This document shows, in pieces, positions 1-9,670 of a DNA stretch of 64,000 nt (the stretch's first letter is position 1; every line of letters begins with the position of its first letter). The position numbers and the translations under genes are program-made. The notes under the pieces are model-generated. The model made no database searches. It was not told the DNA's origin and was given only the letters and a program-made list of their open reading frames with translations. The DNA is from Geosiphon pyriformis uo1 (taxonomy: Eukaryota; Fungi; Glomeromycota), in contig JAAOMT010000620.1 of the NCBI GenBank assembly GCA_016748015.1, positions 268,215-332,214 on the forward strand, given 5' to 3'.

Positions 1-381
1 CAACTTGTCGTAACACTATTCTATGAACTTGAACTTTGCTATTTTCTACAATTTTGCTGAATTAAAGATACATTTCAGCGAACTACAAGTTATTTCTGTG
101 AACTATTAGATATTTCGGTGAACTATCAATTATTTCAGCAAATTTCTATAAATTTCGGCGAACTTTTGAATGTTACATAGTTTGGGGTATTGCATGATTG
201 ATCATCACAATTAGGTTACATTTGTGTTGTGTACAATTTGAGTTATTAATTAAATGATAATTTCAGACATTCTTTGCTAATGTAATAAGTGATAATTTGA
301 AATGATAATATATGCTAATTAATGATAGGAATTATAAGATAATTTCATGCTAAATAATATCTCTAATTTCGTCTGGTAACA
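1..381 (-). mobile_element. LTR terminus of a further, different LTR element (I), truncated by the window edge and inserted into element B
   Basis: Ends in GTAACA at 376-381, the family-type terminus. From 382 the sequence resumes as B's post-protease region, collinear with 48610 onward in copy G. Strand is inferred from repeats lying near the terminus, as in the U3 of the other LTRs. Confidence 0.6.
59..170. repeat. Degenerate ~20-bp tandem repeat with core TTTCRGYGAACT, about 5 units
   Basis: GAACT or a variant recurs at 80, 100, 120, 140 and 160, each preceded by TTTC(A/G/T)G(C/T). Confidence 0.75.
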
Positions 382-3173
382 CTATTGTCATTTCATGAGA
401 GTATTGGCAGCAGCTTATTGTGTTCTTCATCAGCCCATAAGACTTGATACACTTCCCAAGTAGGTTTTGGTTTTTTTTCTTCGAAGTCAATTAGTGGTGC
501 TGTGGTGTTGGTAGCTTTGAAGTGACCACACATTGCTAGTACTCACATGTGTTAACCATTCTGGCTGAGTACTAGTTCTTGAGTCATCTAATCAAGCATG
601 ACATTGATTTTGGATAGCCAGTCATTACCAACTAAAGCTTGATATTGGGTGGCTTCCATCACCAGAACTTTGATGGGTACTATGATGCCATTGACTTCAA
701 TTGAGAAGTTATTGATTTCACCAATTGGTTTTGGTGGTTCCATCCGTGGTGATAATCCTGACACTGGCAGTGCGATCAACTCAGCAACCTAATTGATCCA
801 TGAGTTGTCATGTAATGATGCTGCCTGCTGAACCACTGTCAAGGATTAATTTGATGAAGTGGCCATCAATCTTGGCATTAGTGTACATGGCTGTGATCAG
901 TTTCTCTTCAAGTACTGCTCCATTGAATAATAGTGTATCTGATGGTTCCTCAAGTTCGAATGAGAAGAGGCATCCAAAGATTCATTTTCGGTAATTGTAG
1001 CAGATGGAATATTATTGGTAGGTGGTTGTTGTTGTTGTTCAATTCCCTGATTGCTGGAAGTGGCATCTTCTGGAGTCATCAGAAGGCTTAAATAGTGTTG
1101 GAAATTTGGGTTTTGGGTGGGATCAGTGCCCAAATTCCACTGATGAAATTCTGATTGTTGATAGAAAGAGCTGGGGATTAGTTGATATACAACTATTGCT
1201 GATTTCCAGTTTTGGGTGATCCTTGATCTTGGGTTCCCTGATGTTATTTGAGCTGGGTTTGCTGGTGGTGTTTGAATAGTGGGTGTTTGATAGATTGCTG
1301 GTGGCTGTAGTTGATATATTACTTGTGGTTGCACCTGATAAATTGTTTGTGGCTGTGGTTAATAAACTGGAGTTTGATAAACTGGCAGTTGATAAATTGG
1401 TTGGTGCATCATAGGCAGGTAAGTGAGTTGGTATTGGTCTTGATTCAGGTGATGGTTCGGAATCTGGAACCGGTGATTAGGATTTCTATATTGATTTCCC
1501 AATTGTGAATTGCTATAAGTATAACAGTTGGCTCTGATGTGTCCTTGTTTACCACAGTTGTAACAGATGTGTGTTTCTGGCTGCCACGACTAATTGGATA
1601 ATGACAATAGATATGACTGATTTTGGAAACAATTCGTGTTTTCCTGATTGTTACACCATTGAGAGGTTGATAAATTGTGCGATTGTCAGCTAAGTATCCC
1701 TCTAATTTCTGATTAATTGAATTACTGAATTGCTTCAATTCGGAATCCAATTCAGATGATTCATTCATTGCTAGATTCACAGCTTGAGTGTGATTAGCTT
1801 CTAGTTCAGCTGCTTCAAAATCCCTGGTGTAGGTGACTGTGGTTGGAAGGTCCACTGGGTGCATTGGACATACTTGTTGTAGGATGCTACTGCACAATCC
1901 TCTAATAAATTGATTTAAAATCTATGGTGCTGTAAAATAGTCAGCTTAGATGGCTTGTATTTGGCATAGATTTCTATAGAAGTGTCCCAAGTAGGTAGTG
2001 ACTGCTTCAGTGTCCTCTTGTCTGATAGTGGTAAAGATGTTGGCTAATTTGTTGATACTATTATTGTTGCTAAAGTACCACAAGAATTCAGTTTTGAATC
2101 CATTAAAATTTTGGGGTTTAACAACAAAACTTTGATACCATGCATTAGCAGTATTCTGGAGAAAAAAAGGGATTACTTGCATTGCTCTAGCATCATCTCA
2201 ATTATTGGCTGTAATGGCTTTGGCCACATCATTTAACCAGACTTGGGCATTATTTTCTTCACTGTTGAATTTGTCAAGTTTCACAATGGGTGCATAAGCC
2301 ATTTGTTGTTGCTGTGATAGTAAAAGTTGTTGTTGTTGTTGGGGCAGTACTGGTGGTAGTTGTTGATTTTGTTGGTTCAGTGGTTGAATGGGCTGGCTAA
2401 TTAGTTCAATGGGTGGTTGATCAATGACAATAACTGGAGGTAAGTGTTGATTAATTACTTTGGGGTTTGGATTGTTCTGATTTGGTGGGGTTTGAAATTC
2501 GGAGTGTCGTTTTCTGAATTGTCTAAATTGGGCTGGGTTTGAAAGTTCGGGGTTTCAATTTCCAGGTTTTTTAGAATCAGGTTTTGGTAAGTAAATTCTT
2601 GATCCTCAGATTCTTTTTTCTCTTCTACTTCTTGTTCTTCTTCCGATTCAGTAATTTCCCAAGGACTTGCAATTCTGAAATTCGGTTGAGATGGTGGTGA
2701 TCAAAATTCTGATGGCATCAGTAATCGAGATTTAAATCCTTCAAAATACTCGCCATATAGTTCTAGTAAATCCTCTTTTCTTTGTTTAGTTTGAAATAAA
2801 AAATGTCCAAATGTTGATGTTGCGTTTGATGCAAACATGTCTGTTGATGATATATTAATGACACTTCCAAAGGTATAGTGGTAGAATGGGTTGTTTGGAG
2901 ACTCAACTCTAGTTTTCTTCTAAGTGGGTGGTTGTATCCTTTGAGGTGTTACTACTGGTGTTTGTAGTTTTTCTTTGTCTTTACTTGTGTAAGTAATTGG
3001 GTATCTTTGCTGTGTGTGGTGTTTAATTTTTTTGTTGATCTTAGTGATAATAAATGTAAAATTATGATTTGTGGGTAGGCTGGTGTTTTGAATTAATTTA
3101 TTGTAAAAAGTTTTTCTTACTGATTCAATATTCATGGATGTTCTCAACAGATAGGCAATCCTTTTGTTGATAT

Positions 3174-4046
3174 TATTACAGGTGATTATTTTTACTGTTG
3201 AATTAAATAACAAACCCATAACTTGGTGCTCAAAAGCTATTTCTGTTGATAATATTATGAAAGTGTTGTATCTGAAAGTTTTGATGGAGTTCTTTGTATA
3301 ATAGACAGAGATTCAATAGTGTCAATAGTAGATATATCTTTCCAAAAGTTTTCCCAATTTCTTTCTCAGTGTGGTGGCCAGATTTAGTCTGGCAGTCGTG
3401 CTCTTCTAGTAAGCTATCTGATAATATATAAAATCCTACCCTTATTTCTGGGTCTTTTACCAGGCTATTCTTGACATCAATAATTCAGTGCTTAATCTTT
3501 TTAATTAATTAGTATACAACAACAAAATCAAAGAAAGAAAGAAAATAAAAATAAAGAAAATAGAGAAAATAAACCAAGGCAATTTGTTAGTATCTGGTCA
3601 ATAGCTGTGATCAAGAGCTATTGTTTCAGCATGGTTAAGTATCAATTACTATCAACACTTTATGTTGATAGTGGAGAGTGGGTTGAGATATGGAATAATT
3701 ATTTATTTGATGATTGGGAACTGGAAGGTTGCTTAGATTAAATCTAAACTAAGAGGTTTCTCTTTTTAGCTTCTAATTCTACTGCTATATATACATAATT
3801 GAGATTCCTTAATTCCTTAATTCTTTGTGACAGGAATCCTGAGATTTCTGGAATCTTGTAATTCCTGATGAGAGGAATCCTGGAATTTTGGAATCCTGCA
3901 ATTCCTCGTCAGAGAATTCTGAAATTTCTGGAATCCTGTAATTCCTCTGAGAGGAATTCTGGAATTCCATATTTACTATGTCTATCTCTAATTGGCTAAT
4001 ATCTACTGACTAATAATACTATATTTCCTATATTCTATGAGTAACA
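3174..4046 (-). repeat. 3' LTR of element A (type 1 LTR)
   Basis: Direct repeat of 12439-13329; preceded on the minus strand by the PPT AAAAGGAGGGAATAA. Confidence 0.95.
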
Positions 4047-4061
4047 TTATTCCCTCCTTTT
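4047..4061 (-). promoter_or_regulatory. Polypurine tract of element A
   Basis: AAAAGGAGGGAATAA directly upstream of the 3' LTR. Equivalent tracts at 27131-27145, 38688-38702, 43189-43203 and about 53160-53174. Confidence 0.9.
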
Positions 4062-4720
4062 AATATTGAGCTCCATTAAAATCTAATTCTTTTAATTCCC
4101 CTTCTTGAATTATTTCTTGAACTTCTTTTTTGAGTATTACTTGTGTTATTTTATTTTGTAGTTTTTCAAATTGGGTGTTGGTCATTTTTCTCAATTGATT
4201 ACTCGTAACTGTATCCATTGTCATGTTGAGTAAGATTTCTGGTTGGTTTTGAAATCCCATATATAGCCAGTAAATGGCTTGAGCTTGTGTGGTTAGATTG
4301 TTTTTTCCCACAAATTGTTCTAGTTGTCCCAGTATTGTGGTGTCAAATAACTATTTTGTTTTGTCAGTGTACAAGTTCTGGATATTTATGTGTTGTCCCA
4401 AGTAAAAATAACAATAGTTTTTTGGAAATTGTTGTATCCACCAAGTCCAAGTTTCTCTGGTAAGTTCTTGGTGTAATTCGACTATTTGTTGTTCTTTCAT
4501 GGCCAATTTTATCTTGGTCATAATCTTGTTGACCACATTTTCAAGTCTTTTCTGTGCTTTGTTTTGTGGTATCTTTGTCGTATTTTTGTAACAAATGGTT
4601 TGTTGATTGATGGTAATTTCCATCTCCTGGTGTTGGATTAATTGAAAAATTTGTTAAGCTAGTGAATAGATATTGTCTATAATCTCCATTTTTCTGATCT
4701 CTTCTGTCATGTCAACCATG
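4060..4720 (-). pseudogene. Extra 3' ORF (ORF3, type 1) of element A, function unknown, interrupted by stops
   Basis: ORFs 4351-4623 and 4060-4311 are in one frame. Homologous segments in D (19586-19900 and 26804-27132) and G (43202-43850). Ends ...LDFxGAQY* at the PPT. Confidence 0.8.
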
Positions 4721-4744
4721 TTTTTTATATATTCTTTTGTCAAT

Positions 4745-6126
4745 CAATTGGACGTGTTGTTGTCAATGATAATGATTGATTCCAGATCTCGTGGAATCTC
4801 ATCTGGTTGGACTAGTATTCTCTGTACTCCTAATTGTAGAATATTACTGGTAGATAATGATGCTATATGATGATATGGTTTTAGTCAATCTCCATGTGTT
4901 GCTTTGGTTAAGATTTTGTTATTTAATCTTAATTTGTAAGCTCTATTTTCTAGAATTTCTTCTATGTAAAATGGTCCATCCCATTTGGGGTCAAATTTTC
5001 TACTCCATTGTTTTTCTGCTTTGGTATGATGTAGTAGTACTTTGTCTCCAATCCTGAATTCAACTGGTTTATTTAGTAGTTGGTTATCATGTCTTTTTTT
5101 TTGTTTCTCTTGTAACTTTTGTATGTTATTAGCTGCTCTTTATTGTTTGTTTTCTAATGTTTTCATTAAGTCATATGTTCTTTTCAACAATGTATTTTTG
5201 AAATTCTCTTCTGTTATTGGTTCGGTTGGGTATGTGCTAACTTCTATTTCCACTGATAGTGTTGTTGTTCTACCATATACTAATTCAAATAGTGTTGCTT
5301 GTATAGTATCTTGTTTCATTGTTCGATAAGCAAATAGTACTGATGGTATCAACAAATCCCAATTGTTTTGGTTTTCTTGGCTGAGTTTAGCTATTGCTTT
5401 ACACAATGTTCTGTTGAATCTTTTGACTAATCCATTGGTTTGTGGATAGTATGGTGATGATAATGGTCTCTTAATTCCAAATCTTTGGCTCAATTCTGTT
5501 AATGTTTTGTTCACAAAATGAGTTCCTTGATCTGATAATAATTCTTTTGGACATCCATGTCGACAGATCAAATCCTAATAAACAAATTCGGCAATGGATT
5601 CTGTATCCGCTCTTTGAATTGCTTTCACCTCTGGCCATTTAGTGAGATAGTCCATGGCTACTGTTATGTACCCATTTCCTCCACTGGTGATTGTTAATGG
5701 TCCAACTAGATCAATTCCAACATGGTCGAATGGTTGTTCTACTTTGATTGGTCTTAATGGTTCACTGGGTTTTGTACCTCCTCTTCACTGACAAGCATCA
5801 CAATTTTGAATATATTGGATAATATTTGGATACATTGATGGCCAATAGTATCTTTTTCTGGTTCTTTCCATGGTTGCTTCTTTGTAAAAATGTCCTGCTG
5901 TTAGATTTGAGTACATGTTAAATAATATTGTCTCTTTTTTTGGTTCTGTAATTACTCTGGTTGGTTGATCTGGATTTTTTCTATTTTTCTGATAAAGTAT
6001 ATTTTGGTGAGTGATAAAATATTTTGATTGTTGTTTAATATTCTTTTGTTCTGTTTGAGATAAATTCTCCTTGAACTGTTGAGTGTTTATATAATATTGA
6101 AGTTGTTGATATTTTTGTATGTTCAT
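4745..6126 (-). pseudogene. Integrase of element A (HHCC zinc finger, DDE core, SH3-like C-terminus)
   Basis: AGHF...YYWPSM...CDACQ (5785-6126); LLSDQGTHF and YYPQTNGLVKRFNRTL (5140-5571). Confidence 0.92.
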
Positions 6127-6188
6127 CTTTTGTTATATTTTTCGTTGGTATTGTTCTGGTTTTGTTATATTTTTGTTTTAAAATGTTC

Positions 6189-7450
6189 TTAGATTTGTCT
6201 TATTTGCAACAAACTATTAGCATTTCCGTTGTCTTTTCCTTTTTTGTAATGTATAGTATAATTGTATAGTGCAAGTGCCATTTTCCATCTTGACTGTCTT
6301 CTATCTCCAAATTCTTGTTTTTGGAGTAATGTTAATCCCTTGTGATCTGTGTATACTTCAAACTTCTGGCTTAAGTATTTTTTCCATTTCATGACTGCCT
6401 AATATATTGCTAAGTGTTCTTGTTCCAGTGTTCCATAGTTCTTTTTGGCTGATGTTAAACCTCTGCTGGCATATGTTACTGGATGTTCTCTGCTGTCCAG
6501 TCCTTTCTGAGATAATACTGCTCCCAATGCTTGGCCGGATGCATCAGTAATGATGATGAATGGTTTGCTGTGATCTAGATAAATCAGTACTGGAGCTTGA
6601 ATGAGCTTTTTTTTCAAAATGTCAAAAGCTTCTTGTTGACTTTCTGCCCATTTATATTTGGTATTCTTGGTTTGCAGTTGGTTGAGTGGCTGTGCTATCT
6701 TGGAAAAGTTCTTGATAAAATGTTGATAGTAGCTGGCAAATCCCAAGAATGATTTCAGTTCTGTCATATTGGTGGGCACTGGAAAGTTCTTTACTATCTT
6801 TATTTTCTCTGGATCTGTTTTAATGTCATCTTTGCTAACTATGTGTTCCAAGAATTTTAGTTCTGTCTTGCCAAAGAAGCACTTTGTTGCATTTAACTTT
6901 AGTCCTGCTCTTCTTAGTCTTTCAAACACTTGTTGAAGATGATGAAGATGATCATCAAATGTTTTTGAGAATACATTGGTGTTGTCCAAGTATACAACTA
7001 CTGATTTCTACAATAAGCCAGTATAGATGATTTCCTTTAGCCATTGGAAAGTGGCTGGTGTATTGGTTAAACCGAATGGTATTACTTCAAATTCGAAATT
7101 CCTTTCTTTCGTGGTGAATGCTGTCTTCTCTTTGTCAGCTGGATCCATGGCCACTTGCCAGTAACTACTGTCCAAGTCTAATGTTGAGAACCATTTGTTC
7201 TTGCCAAAAGCATCAAATAATTCCTGTATTCATGGAGTTGAATAGCTGTCTTCACAAGTTACACCATTGAGTTTTCTGTAGTTTACACAAAATCAGATCT
7301 TTCCATTCTTCTTATGGACAAGTATCACTGGTAATGACCATGGACTCATTGATGGCTGAATTAGCCTATTGTCAAGCATTCGGTTTATCTCTTGCTGAAT
7401 AATCTTGTGGCTGGCTAGTGATACTCTGTATGCTCTTTGTTTAATTGGCA
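6189..7450 (-). pseudogene. Reverse transcriptase and RNase H of element A
   Basis: Degenerate YLDD at about 6985; KLNATKCFFGKTELKFL; IITDASGQALGAVLSQ; VYTDHKGL; GKDNGNA. Confidence 0.93.
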
Positions 7451-8009
7451 TTGCATCTCCAGTCTTGATCTGATGCTGAATGATGTCAATTTAGCCAAAC
7501 TCATTTTCACTGGCAAAGATGTCATTGAACTGGTGGAGCAACATCTTAAGTTGTATATGTTGGAATGGATCTAAGTTTTCTATGTTCATTTGTTCCAATT
7601 GTTCTGGTTGGAGCAAATAACATTCACTTTGTCTGTATATTGTTTGTGATGTGATATCAACATATTCACAAAGTTGTGGAAAGTCTGAAATGGGGTTTGG
7701 TGGTTGATTCTCCATTTCAGTGTTTAAGTATCCAATAATGGTTCCAGCTGGTATTTCTATGACATTTTCTGTATTGTTATAGATGGGAATTTTGATGTGG
7801 CTGTAATCTTTGGCTGGTATGTGAAGATTGATAAGTCCAACTTCTTTTGATTTACAAAGACTGGCTTCTGCTTAAAAATTTGTGCTTGGTCTTTTTCCTT
7901 CCTTTCTATTGCTAGCATATACTGGTTATATGGTGAAATAGAAATAGCTTGACCAGTTGAGATAATTTCTCTTTGGTCAACAATTTCTTCCTCTGCCATA
8001 TTAACTGGT

Positions 8010-8420
8010 ACATCTATTCTATCCATTGATCCGAATCCCTGTATTCCTCTTGTTGTTATTCCTAATTCCCCCCTCTTTCCCACTAATACTAACTGAGCTA
8101 TTCTAACCAGAGGCAGGAATATTGCCTGTGCTATCTTTTTATTGGGCTCTATTATATAGGCTTTTTCTGAGTTATTTTGTAGCATAGCAATGATATTTCC
8201 TATATATCCTGCATCAATTATTCCTCCTCTTATATTAATCTCTCTTTTTGCTAAACTACTCCTAGATGCTAATTGAACCATTGTTGTTGCTGGAATTTCT
8301 AGTGCTACTTTCAGATCAATGCAAGTGCATGATTGTGGTTCCAATTTGATGGCCTCTTTTCCTGGATACCTTAGATCAAACTCTGCATCAGTATCATGTG
8401 CATATTCTGGCATAATACCT
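8010..8420 (-). pseudogene. Trimeric dUTPase domain of element A
   Basis: Motifs DA(G)FDL, ASRSSLA, GGIIDAGYIGNI, KIAQAIF and RGIQGFGS (dUTPase motifs 1-5) in ORF 7757-8413. Confidence 0.92.
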
Positions 8421-8679
8421 TCCCCATTGTCACTATATCATTTCAACTCTTGTTCCTTGGAGAGATCTGGTAGTACAATGTATTGTTTATAGTTTAAATC
8501 GGAGTTTGAATCATTTTTGTTGTCATTGCCATTTTAAACAGAGTTGAAACCGGTGTTTTCATCGTTATCGTCAGAGTCTGGATTGCGATTGATCAGTGAT
8601 TCTGATTCTGATGCACAGCTGCTGATTGGTTCTTCTTCTTTAGAAATTGTGTAGATCATGTGTGGTGGTGGATTGTAAA

Positions 8680-9310
8680 TGAGGTCACAATCATTATCAT
8701 ATTCAAAGTCACTGGGAATTAAACAATAGTGATACAGTCTTGTATTTAACTGTGCTAGCTATTGTTTTTGCTTTTCTCTAATGGATGCCAAGTTTTGGTA
8801 GTGTTCATGGAACTCTTTTGGTTCCAGAAAATTTATGACTGGCTTTGCGTCCCAGTCCAGCTCGATGGGTTCTGGTGAGTTGTTTTTAATTGTCCTGATT
8901 TCTTCTAGTAATGCGCCTTCAATTTTGGTGATTGCCATCTGCCATAATTCATCATCGTCATGTGGACAACTGTTCAATTGCTGTACAGCTCTTCTCCAGG
9001 TGGCTTCTATGGGTGTTTTTTTCTCGACCCAGTTGCTGATGAGGATTGTGTATTGGCAGGACATGTCACATGTTCCTCCTCTTCCAGGAATGTCGTTCCA
9101 TATTTCTTTGTCGAGAAGAGTTTCTCCATAGACTAGACATAGTGTATTATTCTATTTTCCCACTCATTTTGGTCTTCCAAAACATTTGACACAGCATATG
9201 TGGCAATAGAACTTGGTTGCCATCTGATATTCTTTATCGTTGTCACAGCATGCACCCATTGATAACAATTTCTTGCCGCAATCAATGCATATCAGTTTGG
9301 GTCAGCAATA
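8680..9310 (-). pseudogene. Cys-rich (multiple CxxC) domain between protease and dUTPase in element A
   Basis: Rebuilt across copies: CIDCGKK..GACC..KFYCxxC..CLACGE..GTCDxSCQY..LCDHCLIPCDFQYCDECD. Confidence 0.75.
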
Positions 9311-9670
9311 AGTTAATGATTGTTGTTGACTATAGGTATATGGGATATAAATGTTGTTGGCTTGAGGGTTTTCTTCCTCCCTCTCTTTCCCTTTTTTCTT
9401 TTCTTCTTTCCACTTCTAACTCGATGGTTCTTCTTGTTTGTTGTCAATCCAGATCAAATCATCTGTTTTCTAGGTCAGTTCTTCTTTTTGCTTTCCCTTA
9501 GGGTTGTCATTTTACAAGAGTATTGATGGTAGTTTGTTGTGGTCGGCATCAGCCCAGGAGACTTGGTAAGCTTTCCAGGTAGGTTTTTCTTTCTCCTCCT
9601 CCAGTTCAATCAATAGTTTCTCTCTTGGAGGAGTTTTGAAATAGCCACACATGGCCAGTACATATATGTG

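Noticed and set aside
59-170. CRISPR-like repeat/spacer appearance
   Set aside because: Period only 20 bp, degenerate core, eukaryotic LTR context, no cas genes.
4060-4720. ORF3 as a retroviral-type env
   Set aside because: Too short and hydrophilic; no signal peptide, furin site or transmembrane anchor visible.
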